Below, piece after piece: positions 48,392 through 58,882 of a stretch of 64,000 nt of DNA. The position numbers and the translations under genes are program-made. The notes beneath the pieces were generated by a model. It was given only the letters and a program-made list of their open reading frames with translations. It was not told the origin of the DNA and did no database searches. Origin of the DNA: a virus; IMG/VR virus record IMGVR_UViG_3300030737_000007, positions 1 to 64,000 of that record; one strand, written 5' to 3'. Every line of letters starts with the position of its first letter. The stretch's first letter is position 1.

Positions 48392-49573
48392 ATGGAATTT
48401 ACTGACCAAGAACTAGCTGCAATACGTGCCGAGCAATGTAAGGGTGCGTCCGACAACCAATTTACGCTGTTCATCAGCGAGTGCAAGAGTCGTGCGCTAC
48501 GTCCGGGTAGCCATATCCTATTTCAGCTCAGGAAGGCGAAGGAATACGATCCTGTCACCGGCGCGTACATCTCCTTCATGAAACCTTTCTACATCACCAC
48601 GATCAGCGCGCTGTTGCTGATTGCTGAACGGACAGGTAAGTATGATGGGGCCTCCGCACCCGAGTACATCTACCTCGACGACGCCGGGGAGCCGACGGTC
48701 CTCTCCGAAATCCCCCTGCCCGACAAAGAGAAGAAGTCTTTGCCCCGGGAGCCGTGGGCTGTTCGGGTCAAGGTGCGCCGTAAGGACTTCTCCGAGCCCA
48801 TCTCCAGCATTGTCCGGTTCGAATCGGTCGCCGGTACTCGCCGGGTTGAAGGCGGGGGCGTAGCGCTCACCGAGATGTGGCAGAAGAGGGGGCCCGAGCA
48901 AAACGCCAAGTGCTCCCTGGCCGCGGCGATACGCATTTGTTTCCCGGAAGAGGCTGGTCAACTGTTCATTGCAGAGGAATTGAAGAACGAACCAGAAGAT
49001 GCACCAACACCATCTCAAGCCCTTACCCCCGCACCCTCCGCCCCGATCGTCCCCAAGGTAGACCAAACGCCCGCAACCTCAACCGATGCCCCGCGACCCG
49101 GCGAAGAGAAGCCGATCCCAACACTAGTGGAGCTGATCCTGGATAAGCCCGCCGCCCCCGAACCCGAGAGGAAGAAACCAGGCCGCCCGAAGAAAGAGCC
49201 GGTTCCAGATAACGGAAACCCCGGTGAGCTTGGGATCACAGACGAGGACATCGCCCTCGCAGGCCCCTCGACCACCGAGACTCCCGAAGAGCGTGCGGCG
49301 GCCCTAGCAGACGCCCACGCATTTGTAGAAGAGGTATCGGTCGTAGCAACTGACCCGTTACCAACCAAAGAGCAGAAGGATGCCTTCGTAGCCCATGTCC
49401 GAGAAATAGTAGCGGCGGGGGTTGACAACAAGCTGTTGGGAGCGTATATTTGCGGCAGAGTAAATAAGCAAAAGTCCAGTGAGCTAACCGTAGGCGAATG
49501 GAAGTCAGCGTTTGAGATTCTGAACTCCGCCAAAGCGGCTGGGACGCTCAAGGAAGTGGTGAAGCCGGTATGA
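48392..49573 (+). CDS. Bet/RecT-like single-strand annealing protein
   Basis: N-terminal F...C....L.P, IAERTGKYDG, W...P.....KC.....IR..FP; Pro/Glu-rich tail. Confidence 0.8.
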   Translation: MEFTDQELAAIRAEQCKGASDNQFTLFISECKSRALRPGSHILFQLRKAKEYDPVTGAYISFMKPFYITTISALLLIAERTGKYDGASAPEYIYLDDAGEPTVLSEIPLPDKEKKSLPREPWAVRVKVRRKDFSEPISSIVRFESVAGTRRVEGGGVALTEMWQKRGPEQNAKCSLAAAIRICFPEEAGQLFIAEELKNEPEDAPTPSQALTPAPSAPIVPKVDQTPATSTDAPRPGEEKPIPTLVELILDKPAAPEPERKKPGRPKKEPVPDNGNPGELGITDEDIALAGPSTTETPEERAAALADAHAFVEEVSVVATDPLPTKEQKDAFVAHVREIVAAGVDNKLLGAYICGRVNKQKSSELTVGEWKSAFEILNSAKAAGTLKEVVKPV

Positions 49574-50205
49574 TTGACCACCGCGAGGCGTACTACGAAC
49601 TTACCCGCAGTATGAATTCATCAAGGTGTAGTCACCCTGCTATCGCCATACAGGTTTGCCAGACCTACGTTGATTGGCAATCCCGCAGCTACGGTTATTT
49701 TGTTACCTGTGACGCCTGCCACCAAACTGGTAAAACTTGTAGCGATCCGGATTCCGCGAAATACAGCTTCTATCAGGACGAGTTTATCCGTACCCTCGGT
49801 TCCGTCTTCAAAAACCCCGAGAAGTTAGTAAAAACCGAACCCGAAGTAGACTACGTAGACATCTACCGTCAAGTCGGCGAGAACTACGTCCTTCAAACTC
49901 AGTACCTGACTTTCGAAGAAATTGCGAGGAAATACCCTATGGCAATTCTGCCCAACCCTACCCCCTACTGGATCATCGTGTCAGATGAGGGACACGCCGC
50001 GATCCCCGCCAAGCACCTCACAAAAGAAGCCGCAGACGCCGAAGCTAAGCGCCTGACCGCCGCCAAACCTGGTGCTACGTTTACCGTGTTCGAGGCTAAG
50101 TACAGCCTGAAGACACCGAAGGCCGAGGCGGTGAAGACGACGTACGAACCGAAGGCGACACATTTCTACGATCCTTATCCGTGGGTGTATCCCATCGGGC
50201 GGTAA
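49570..50205 (+). CDS. Hypothetical protein
   Basis: 211 aa, coupled to the upstream gene. Confidence 0.55.
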   Translation: MIDHREAYYELTRSMNSSRCSHPAIAIQVCQTYVDWQSRSYGYFVTCDACHQTGKTCSDPDSAKYSFYQDEFIRTLGSVFKNPEKLVKTEPEVDYVDIYRQVGENYVLQTQYLTFEEIARKYPMAILPNPTPYWIIVSDEGHAAIPAKHLTKEAADAEAKRLTAAKPGATFTVFEAKYSLKTPKAEAVKTTYEPKATHFYDPYPWVYPIGR

Positions 50206-50238
50206 CCGCTGTAAATTCCATTATCTGGAAAGGGAAAC

Positions 50239-50682
50239 ATGTCAAAAGGTTTTAGTTTTGTAGTGGTCGGTGGCGGCCTTGGTCGCGACCCCGAGATCCG
50301 CTCTACCCAAGGGGGCAAGAGAGTTGCCTCGTTCAGCGTCGCGGTAGAAGAAGGGTACGGGGAGCGCCAATCCACGGCTTGGTATGACTGTATCGCATGG
50401 GAACCCCTCGCCGACTTCGTAGAGAAGCACCTCAAGAAGGGCAAGCAGGTCATCGTGTCCGGCAGCCTCCAAACCAGGTCATGGGACGACAAGTCCACGG
50501 GGGCCAAGCGCACCAAGACCGAGATCGTAGCCAAGGACATCAAGTTCGGGGATGACGGTAAGTCGGGCGGCTCTGGCCAACCAGCTAGGGCAGCCGCAGC
50601 CCCACCTGCCCGCCGTGAAACGCCCCAACCAGAGCGTCGGGAAGCGGCTGATCCGTTCGGCGACGAGGAAGAAGCCTTTTAG
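50239..50682 (+). CDS. ssb: Single-stranded DNA-binding protein
   Basis: G.LGRDPE.R, VASFSVAV, KKG.QV.V.G.LQTRSW, acidic tail. Confidence 0.93.
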   Translation: MSKGFSFVVVGGGLGRDPEIRSTQGGKRVASFSVAVEEGYGERQSTAWYDCIAWEPLADFVEKHLKKGKQVIVSGSLQTRSWDDKSTGAKRTKTEIVAKDIKFGDDGKSGGSGQPARAAAAPPARRETPQPERREAADPFGDEEEAF

Positions 50683-50926
50683 GAGCTACCGTGAAGATTT
50701 CAGTCACCCAGCATCACATTGACTCAGGGGTTCGGGGAAGTTGTACCTCGGACCCTATTGCTTTGGCCCTCAAGGATCTAGGTTATGAGCGGCCCTGGAT
50801 CGGCGTGCATTACATCCGGTTGGACAAGGTAGACGTACACATGCCGTCCGAGGTGTACGAGTTCTTGAAGAGATTCGACAATGGTTTACCGCCGCTCGAT
50901 CCGTTCGAGTTTTCGCTGGAGTTCTG

Positions 50927-51949
50927 ATGCCCGCTAAGAAGCAAGCCCCCAAGCCGATCGCTCTCAACGAAGAGCAGCAGGCCGTGGTGTACGCGCGCGC
51001 TGGATTCTATCAAATTCTTGCCGGGCCGGGAGCTGGTAAGAGCCAATGTGTGACAACCCGGTTCGTCCAGTTGCTAAACGAAGGAGTCTCTCCGGACGAC
51101 ATTGCCTCCATGTCCTTCACTAGTACAGCGGCCAAGAACCTCAAGGACAGGGTCGAGGCTCAAGTAGGGAAGCTAACCACCACACGTAAAGCAGGCGCTA
51201 CCACCTTTCATGGGCTGGGACTTGCCTTCGCGGTAGAGGAGCGCGAACACTTTGGATACGAACTCGCCGAATTTCCGTTATGCCCTGAGCCTCTGGCAAA
51301 TAAGCTATCCGCTATTGCCGGAAAACGATTCGAAGCTGATCCCCGCTCACTGCGCGCCTACATCAGCCTTAGAAAACGGGAACGGGTTCGTGCTTCTGCG
51401 GCTGTCTCTAGAGCTGAGGCTCGCCTCGACGCCCCGGAGCTGAAGAACGCACTTGCCTACCGTCAGTACGAGAAGTCTTTGAAAGAGAACGGGGTGCTCG
51501 ATTTTGACTCCCTCATCCTAGAGATGGTCGAGATTCTGGAGAAGAAGCCCGAGGTCCGCAAGCGCTGGACACGCGGCTGGATTATGGTGGACGAGGCGCA
51601 GGACTGCGCGAAGATAGAATGGGATCTGATCAAGCTGATCTCGGGCAGGTCGGTTATGGCGGTTGGGGATATTTCGCAGGGTCTCTACGCGTTCAGAGGA
51701 AGTGATCCAGCGCTATTCGCCCACATGTCCGAGATGTTCCCGGGAACTAAAACGCTGTTCCTGGCCCGCAATTACAGAAGTTCACCACAGATCGTAGACT
51801 TCATCCGGCCTTACGCTACGTCGGCTGAACTGGCAGAGAAGTTCCATACGTCGAATCCTGCGGGCCCCCTGCCAGTTGTGAAGGGGTTCGCAAGTAGTGC
51901 TCAAGAAGTAGAATGGATAATCGCTCAGATAAAGGAAACAATAAAGTGA
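50927..51949 (+). CDS. UvrD/PcrA helicase, N-terminal half
   Basis: LNEEQ, AGPGAGKS, SFT..AA, VDEAQD, VGD..Q.LY.FRG, NYRS. Confidence 0.9.
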   Translation: MPAKKQAPKPIALNEEQQAVVYARAGFYQILAGPGAGKSQCVTTRFVQLLNEGVSPDDIASMSFTSTAAKNLKDRVEAQVGKLTTTRKAGATTFHGLGLAFAVEEREHFGYELAEFPLCPEPLANKLSAIAGKRFEADPRSLRAYISLRKRERVRASAAVSRAEARLDAPELKNALAYRQYEKSLKENGVLDFDSLILEMVEILEKKPEVRKRWTRGWIMVDEAQDCAKIEWDLIKLISGRSVMAVGDISQGLYAFRGSDPALFAHMSEMFPGTKTLFLARNYRSSPQIVDFIRPYATSAELAEKFHTSNPAGPLPVVKGFASSAQEVEWIIAQIKETIK

Positions 51950-52704
51950 GTAGGAGAGGACAGGCCCGAAATATCCCAATGTTGGGAAAGAAATTTGGGA
52001 AGCTGACAGTTTTAGAGCGGGCAAATGGGCTGAGAAACGGGCGTTATTGGCGTTGTGAATGCGAGTGCGGGCATAGTAAGGTGGTGTTTGGTAACGAACT
52101 GCGGCGAGGAAGTACTTGGCATTGTGGGTGCTCCAACAAAGCAGTTATCGACTTGGTGGGAAGAAGATACAACAGGTTGCTTGTCTTGGGGAGGGATCTT
52201 GAGAAAGAAAGGGAGAGCAAGAAGAGAAAGGTATGGTGGAAATGCGCTTGTGACTGTGGGAACCTTAAAACCATATGCAGTTCTGATTTGACTTGGAAGC
52301 ACATTCAAAGTTGTGGATGTTTTCTAAGAGACACCCGGGGACAGTCCACCTTGAAGCACGGTTTGGCTAGAGTGGGCGCAAAAACATTAGAGTACACAAT
52401 GTGGGCGCACGCCAAGAAGCGAGCCAGAGATCGGAATATTCCTTTTGACATCAAGCCGGAAGACATTGTCATTCCCGATAAATGTCCTATATTCGGGACA
52501 CCGCTGAGGTCCAGCAAAGGCAACGGAGGCAAGATGACTTCAAACAGTCCTTCTCTTGACAGAACCATTGGTGAGCTTGGCTATGTCAAAAGCAATATTA
52601 GCGTTATCAGCCGAAGAGCTAACACTATAAAGAATGACGCCTCTTCAGAAGAACTAAGGGCTATCGCCAATTACATCGATAAGCAGACCAAAGAGGCCGC
52701 GTGA
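51946..52704 (+). CDS. HNH-type homing endonuclease inserted in UvrD
   Basis: Two W.C.C(E/D)CG...CGC repeats; PSLDR....GY.KSN..VIS..AN..K; AT-rich; GTGA overlaps at both ends. Confidence 0.8.
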   Translation: MSRRGQARNIPMLGKKFGKLTVLERANGLRNGRYWRCECECGHSKVVFGNELRRGSTWHCGCSNKAVIDLVGRRYNRLLVLGRDLEKERESKKRKVWWKCACDCGNLKTICSSDLTWKHIQSCGCFLRDTRGQSTLKHGLARVGAKTLEYTMWAHAKKRARDRNIPFDIKPEDIVIPDKCPIFGTPLRSSKGNGGKMTSNSPSLDRTIGELGYVKSNISVISRRANTIKNDASSEELRAIANYIDKQTKEAA

Positions 52705-53534
52705 CAGAAAAGCAAACAATTAGCATCCTAGCCAGAACCAATCGCGCGCTACTTCCTTTTGAGCAAGCGCTGTCGGCCGCCAACATACCCTTTTATTACG
52801 TGAATAAGAGTGGATTTTTCAACCAGACGGAGATACAACTAACTCTTGCCTACCTCGGGGCCTCCCTCTTTCCCGCGAATTACCTCATCTCTGGTATGCT
52901 TCGGGGCGATCTGCACCCGACCAAATTTCTCCCGCGTACTCGAATCTCCGCGAAGCTAAAGGAGTTGAAAGCCGAAGATGAAGACGCCTCCTACTGGGCA
53001 ATCCTTACTAAGGAACCGCAGCGCCTGGTCGAGCCCCGCAATTTGGAAGCTGTCCGTAATTTCACGCAGTTTGTGCATAGCCTGTCCCGCTACCGCGACC
53101 TGTCTGCCGCCGACGCCCTTAAACAACTCTTCGGCGCTCTCCGGATAGGAGACCACTTCTCAGAGATGGAGTACGCAGACTCGGACCCACTGGAGAACCT
53201 GGCGGCTCTATCCAAGATGGCAAGCAAGTACGGTTCAATCAAAGAGTTTTTGGATTTCTGCCGGAGGGTCGCCGCAGCGTCTAAGAAAAAGACCGGCGTG
53301 GCCTTATCGACCTGTCATAGTTTCAAAGGAATGGAAGCCGATACGGTGTACCTCGTACAGTGCTCGGAGGGTATAATCCCGCACAGCAAAGCGACTGATC
53401 TAGACGGGGAGCGTAATGTGTTTTTCGTAGGCTGCTCTAGACCTCGCCGCGAACTTGTGATAAGTTATTCAGGAACCCCCAGTGTGTTCCTTGCGCCGTT
53501 TATAAAGAAGGAGAAAGCTGATGTTCAAGCCTAG
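52701..53534 (+). CDS. UvrD/PcrA helicase, C-terminal half
   Basis: ILARTN, LSTCHSFKGME, ERNVFFVGCSR (motifs IVa-VI). Confidence 0.9.
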   Translation: MTEKQTISILARTNRALLPFEQALSAANIPFYYVNKSGFFNQTEIQLTLAYLGASLFPANYLISGMLRGDLHPTKFLPRTRISAKLKELKAEDEDASYWAILTKEPQRLVEPRNLEAVRNFTQFVHSLSRYRDLSAADALKQLFGALRIGDHFSEMEYADSDPLENLAALSKMASKYGSIKEFLDFCRRVAAASKKKTGVALSTCHSFKGMEADTVYLVQCSEGIIPHSKATDLDGERNVFFVGCSRPRRELVISYSGTPSVFLAPFIKKEKADVQA

Positions 53535-54018
53535 AGATGTGGTGCGGTACCGGTCCTCAGACACTTGGTGCCGACACGGGATCGCGGTAATCCACGGAGG
53601 TCCAGAGTGGGGTTACGCTCAAGACACTTACTGGGGCGTTACCGACAACTACTCAGATTACGGGTGGATTCGCGAGCAAGACTTGGTAGAGTCGGTGCTT
53701 ATCGGAAACCTGGATGAGTTCGAGCCGTCCCAGTACAAGGAGTGCCGGGACTTCCGCGAAGAAGATCAGTTCTACATTCCGATCGGCGGCGGTTCGGCTC
53801 AAATTTGGTACCGAAAAGGCGCGGAGCCGCAACCCGAACTCGTCTGGAAGAGACTGGTGTACGAAGTCGAGAAGGCCGAGAGCGCGATTCAGTCCGCTAA
53901 TTGGAAACGGGAATGGGCCGTCAAAGAGTTGAATCAGCATATCGCCAAACACGGAATTCCAGATAATGGAATGGAGGACATCGGTGAGGCCCTACTTCAT
54001 CCGTCTGTTTCTGCCTAA
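53521..54018 (+). CDS. Hypothetical protein
   Basis: 165 aa, AAGGAG RBS. Confidence 0.55.
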   Translation: MFKPRDVVRYRSSDTWCRHGIAVIHGGPEWGYAQDTYWGVTDNYSDYGWIREQDLVESVLIGNLDEFEPSQYKECRDFREEDQFYIPIGGGSAQIWYRKGAEPQPELVWKRLVYEVEKAESAIQSANWKREWAVKELNQHIAKHGIPDNGMEDIGEALLHPSVSA

Positions 54019-54772
54019 CTTCGCTTTTGCGAACCCCGAAGACATCCACAAGTTCCCGCCCGACGCGCAGATTCGATTTGACCCTGAGCGCACGGGAAAC
54101 GGAACTTCCCTTTTTGAGCACCCCACCGACAGCACGCATTACAACTACTACTGCATCTCGTGTTATGCCGCCGGTGGTTATAAAGATGCCTGTTTTAAGA
54201 CTTCCGCCCGAGCAGCTAAGTACAAGCTAGACGGCCCCACTCTGGATCAGCAGCAAGAAATGAAAGAGCACGGCGAGCAACACTCCATCATCTACCAATG
54301 GGCGAAAGGAATACTCAAATGAAGGGTTATTGGGAACACAGAGCTAAACTACTGAAGCTGATGGGGCGTGAGCTGTCCGTGAACGAATTGGAGTTCGTGA
54401 TCTGCATGTACTTCCTCGGTAAGAAGCCGAAGGCGGTCTACGACGTACTCAGAGAGTGGGAGGGTCGGTGAGCGACATCAAGTGGTACTCATACGAATGG
54501 GAACGCCCGCAGCAGGATCTACCGGTAATCATGCGCCGTCGGAACTACGGAAGCGACGAAACTCTCTGGGAAATGATCATGATTTCGGAGGAACTGCCTG
54601 ATTGGTTCAACGTAAGCGGCCTCGAATGGCGGCCTACTGGAATCTTCACAGAGTTCGGCGGCACGATAACCCGAAATCACCAAGGATGGCAGCAAGCTAA
54701 CTGTGTCGGCCTTGGGTCGAGCAGTTTTATGAGTGCCTTACTGGGGTCAGCGGCTTCCCAAGGAATAGGGGA

Positions 54773-55924
54773 GTGGCTGTGAGCTTCCTCTACAAGAACG
54801 CCTCCGGGCGCGAGATCCAGCACGGGTCAAATTCTTCCCTGTCCACATACCGGACATGCCGCCGTAAGTTCAAACTAAACCGAGTGGACGGCTGGAAACA
54901 GAAGGGCCACAAAGCCAGCCTTGAGTATGGCAAGGCTGTAGAAGACGCGATCATGTACTACCATGCCAACGGCCTCAAGAAGGGCGACTGCCTCGAAGAG
55001 TTCCAGCGGATATGGCTCAAGTGGGCCGACCAAGACCTTTCCTACACCGACCAAGAGGGTGACTTTTTCCAGCTTATGGGTATGGGTAAGGAGATGGCGC
55101 GGCTGTACGAGGCCCGACTTCCGAGCCTACCGATCCGCAACCCCAAATTTCAGTTGCAGTACTTGAAGAAAGTCTTTGAGGGCACCGAGCTCGCCGACCT
55201 GGAGTTCATGGGGTACGTGGACATGCTGTCTACCCTCGAAGACGGCAGCCGCCTGATCATCGACATCAAAACGGCGAAGTCCGGCCTCGACCTAACCCCG
55301 AACATGCTATCCATGGACCCCCAGCTCCGAGAGTACGCCTGGCTGTCCGGAATCCGGGATGTGGCGTTCCTGTGGTTCGTCAAGTCCAAAGCCGGGGTCA
55401 AGAAGGGCGACACCGTAAGCCTGCTGGACGAGGGTGGGGCCGAGATGACCGCCTTCAAATACCAGAAGGACGAAGAGACTCAAGAAGAGAAGGTGCTGCT
55501 CGGGCACCCGATCGCTGTCCAGATACTGGACGACCAACTATCCGAGATCAAGGGCAAAGGCTCTACCAAGTTACAAGAAGCCTTCGTCGAGAATTGGGTG
55601 GAATTGGGTATAATCAGGTGGGTTCCGCGCGACCAGATTGTTAAAGTCCGGCTCCAGTTTGTCCGTGCTACAATACCCGCAGAGATTATCCCAGAAGTCG
55701 GCAACCGTGTCGGGCATTTGATGGTGCAGATGAGGCAGTCGGCCCTAGACAACGACTATCCGCAGGACGGCGGCGTGCGATTCCCGAACCAGATCTGCAC
55801 ATGGTGTGAATTTCGGGGCTGCTGCCTGAAAGACCAAGGCTTGCGGGACGCCCTGCTTGTCCAGATCGCCCCCGCAGCAAACGAACCAGACTGGTTAGAT
55901 GACTTAGAAGAGGAGGCAGCGTGA
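54773..55924 (+). CDS. PD-(D/E)XK exonuclease (RecB/Cas4-like)
   Basis: N-terminal Cys, GYVD, IIDIKT, QL..Y, C-terminal CTWCEFRGCC. Confidence 0.85.
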   Translation: MAVSFLYKNASGREIQHGSNSSLSTYRTCRRKFKLNRVDGWKQKGHKASLEYGKAVEDAIMYYHANGLKKGDCLEEFQRIWLKWADQDLSYTDQEGDFFQLMGMGKEMARLYEARLPSLPIRNPKFQLQYLKKVFEGTELADLEFMGYVDMLSTLEDGSRLIIDIKTAKSGLDLTPNMLSMDPQLREYAWLSGIRDVAFLWFVKSKAGVKKGDTVSLLDEGGAEMTAFKYQKDEETQEEKVLLGHPIAVQILDDQLSEIKGKGSTKLQEAFVENWVELGIIRWVPRDQIVKVRLQFVRATIPAEIIPEVGNRVGHLMVQMRQSALDNDYPQDGGVRFPNQICTWCEFRGCCLKDQGLRDALLVQIAPAANEPDWLDDLEEEAA

Positions 55925-56171
55925 AATCAGTTGATTACTTATACGACATTCTCAAGAAACATCCGGACGAAGGGTGGTATATCGGCAAGAAGCGGTACAC
56001 CATCGGAACCTCAAGGATCGATGGAAAGTGGAAAGAGGCCGTATGCCTCTGCTGGCGCGATCGGGTTGGCGTGATTAGCGAATTCTACGACACCCCCGAG
56101 GAGGCTTGGGAAGTCTTTCTCGCAGCCAATTACCCGAAGGTCTTGGAGCAGTGGAAAGAGAAGGAGGCAGC

Positions 56172-56603
56172 GTGAGTCTAACCCCAAAGAAACGAGCCGA
56201 GCTGTTCAATATGTTCAAGGGGAAGTGTGCTTACTGTGGCTGCGATCTCCCCGCAAAAGGATGGCACGCCGACCACATAGAGCCTATCATCCGAGGAGGC
56301 AAGTTTGTGCCGGTCGAAAATCACGGGTACACCTCCTACAAATACGTCCAGAACGGAAAGTGCGAGAGGCCCGAGAACAACCGAGACGATAACTACTACC
56401 CCTCCTGCCGGTCATGCAATATCAACAAGAGCTCCTGCGGCTTAGAGCTGTGGCGTAAGTGCTTGGAGCGGGTGGTTGAGGGGATGCGGCGCGACCACGC
56501 TTCTTTCAGACACGCCGAGAGGTTTGGGTTGGTCAAGGAAGCGGAGACCAAGGTAGTGTTCTATTTCGAGAAATTCCAGAAAGTGGAAAGTGAGGTAGCA
56601 TGA
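56172..56603 (+). CDS. HNH endonuclease
   Basis: CAYCG, ADHIEP, CRSCNINK. Confidence 0.88.
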   Translation: MSLTPKKRAELFNMFKGKCAYCGCDLPAKGWHADHIEPIIRGGKFVPVENHGYTSYKYVQNGKCERPENNRDDNYYPSCRSCNINKSSCGLELWRKCLERVVEGMRRDHASFRHAERFGLVKEAETKVVFYFEKFQKVESEVA

Positions 56604-57021
56604 GTGAAGTATACGTATTAGTGAAGCAGGTTCCTGGTCGCCCGAACGGTGAGGTGACCTTGCATGGTGCAACAAGCGACGAGATAGTGTCTGATACTTG
56701 GTCGGCGGCGGGTCCTGATAATGTGTCTTTTCTGGTCGATACCGATTACGCGCCCGGATTTGATCCCTGCCAGTGGGAAGAGGTGGAAGAGTGAGCACAA
56801 TCCTGCGTAATGCAGTTCGGTGTAAGAAGTGTCTAGCCGTGCTAGAGTCTAAGCACCGGCATGACTTCGTCCAGTGCCCCTGCGGCGTATTCGTAGATGG
56901 CGGGCGCGACTACCTGCGCGGCGGCTGGCCCGGCGGCGAGTACGAAGACTGGGTCGAGGAGTTGCACGAGTTCGCCAATGACGAAGTTTAGCTTTCCATT
57001 ATCTGGAATTTAGGGGTAGCC

Positions 57022-58149
57022 GTGCCGAAAAGAGTCGTGGATGGGGACGCTGTATGGCGCTCCAAGAAGCTGAAACTGATGCACCCGCAGTTCCGGGCCG
57101 AGTACGCCAACCTGGTCCCGCTCGCGGAGGCTAACGGAGTGTTTGAAGTGGACGCGGACAGGATCTGGTCGGATGTCTACTCATACAACCGCGACGAAAT
57201 CTCGGTCGAAACGGTCGAAGAAATCCTCGCTAACCTAGAAGAAGTCGGTCTCCTGCGTGTCTGGGAAGAGGATCGCAAGGTCTGGGGGTATTGGGAAGGT
57301 ATCCACAAGTCTGGTCGGCTGCCAAAAGCCTCGGAACTGTCGAAATATAAGAACTTACCTCCGAACCCACCGCCGGAAAAGAGTATCAGCGGAGACTCAG
57401 CGGAGACCTCGCTGACCCTCGGCCCTAGGTTTGGTATTGGTTTGGATAGGATTGGTAATGGTTTAGATGCGGAACCGCAAGACCAAAATGAAACAATTTC
57501 TGAAGACGAGGACACGGACATGAAGCTCAAGAAAGAAATTCAGGTAGTGTGCATGAGGTACGGAGCCAACGCCGGGGGGTTCAACGAGACCTGGGAACAG
57601 ATGTCCGCTTTGGAGCAGGCCCATTCTCGCGGAGCAGTTGTCCGCAGCTTTACCGAGTTCCTGGACGAGAACCAAGGGGATGACTTCCCCCGGGGGGCTG
57701 TTTCTGCGTACCTGAGGGGCGCTGCGAGGCGTTTGTCCTCTGGAACGTCCTCAGCATCGGTCGCGGCCAAGGACCCGCAGGTGAAGGCACTGGAGGCCGA
57801 ATTGATCTACTTGTCCGACGATCGGGTAACCTTTCAGGCCGGGCACAAGATCGTTCTGGAGGAATTGCTTCGGGAACATAGCCCCGAGGAGGTTATCTCA
57901 GCTTTCAAGACGTTCATTGAGAACAAAGACCTGAATGACCCTAAGGTGCTGAACTTCGCTGCCAAGAACTTCGTGGACGCTGCAAACGGTCTGATACTCT
58001 CTGCGCGCCGCCGCAACCAAGAACGGGATCGCGACTCCGCCGCCCGAGAATCAGCTAAGCTCCGCCTCCAAGAAGAAGCAGAAGCCGAGCGGGCCGCCGC
58101 GGAAGTCGCCAAGCAGGCTGAGGAAGCGTTGTTCGATCCCCTCGCGTAA
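57022..58149 (+). CDS. Putative replication initiator-like protein
   Basis: 375 aa; N-terminal wHTH-like segment of the kind seen in phage replisome organisers; upstream of primase. Confidence 0.45.
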   Translation: MPKRVVDGDAVWRSKKLKLMHPQFRAEYANLVPLAEANGVFEVDADRIWSDVYSYNRDEISVETVEEILANLEEVGLLRVWEEDRKVWGYWEGIHKSGRLPKASELSKYKNLPPNPPPEKSISGDSAETSLTLGPRFGIGLDRIGNGLDAEPQDQNETISEDEDTDMKLKKEIQVVCMRYGANAGGFNETWEQMSALEQAHSRGAVVRSFTEFLDENQGDDFPRGAVSAYLRGAARRLSSGTSSASVAAKDPQVKALEAELIYLSDDRVTFQAGHKIVLEELLREHSPEEVISAFKTFIENKDLNDPKVLNFAAKNFVDAANGLILSARRRNQERDRDSAARESAKLRLQEEAEAERAAAEVAKQAEEALFDPLA

Positions 58150-58882
58150 CACCTATTTGCGTGACACCTGAAAGTGTGGTACACTCCGTCCAGATAATGG
58201 AAAACCGAAAGGCCCCGATGAAAATTCAGTATGTTGAACCAATCCACGACCTGGCGACCCCGCGCAAGTGCTCGGTCTGCCTTGAACCTGCCACTAGCTT
58301 CGGGTTTACCGCCAACCATCGTGGCGCGGTCAACCCTTCCTCGAAGACACCACTCTGCCCGGCCCACTCGGAACTCTAATGGAAAACACATGGGGTAAAA
58401 CAGCCTACTTAGGCCCGCGGGTAGATCAGAAGGTCTGGATCTACTACAAGCGGGAAGTGCTAGAAGCCGTGTACCTCGGGCACGGAAATTACTACCTTCA
58501 GTTTGCGCAGCGCGGCGTAGCGTTCGAGGGCCGCTGGATGCCCCGAGAGATACCAGCACCACCAGTGGAGTAGCCTTGACCATCACAGAGTTCAGAGACA
58601 AGCACCAGTCCACGATGGAAGAGAGTACCTGGATAGCCGGGTGCTATCTCGAAGAAGTAGAAGGACTTAGGTTCGGGATCGACTTCGTAACCGGGGATGC
58701 TCTGGAATTGGCCGCCTCCGCGCTGACCCGGACAATGACCAACAAATTCCGGGACGAGCAGGCGAACAAAGCTATTCTGGCTGACGTGCAATCCGAAATG
58801 CTGGCGCTATCCGCGCCGAAGCCGAACAGATTTGAAGATGATGACTGGGAAGAGCGCTGGCCGCACGGAGACGAGACTGACG

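Noticed and set aside
51946-52704. Group I intron or intein in UvrD
   Set aside because: No non-coding flanks or P7-like elements; the three ORFs are in separate frames with their own stops.
55911-56175. AGGAGGCAGCGTGA repeated at gene ends
   Set aside because: Ordinary RBS plus GTGA coupling (EAA-stop), common in phages.
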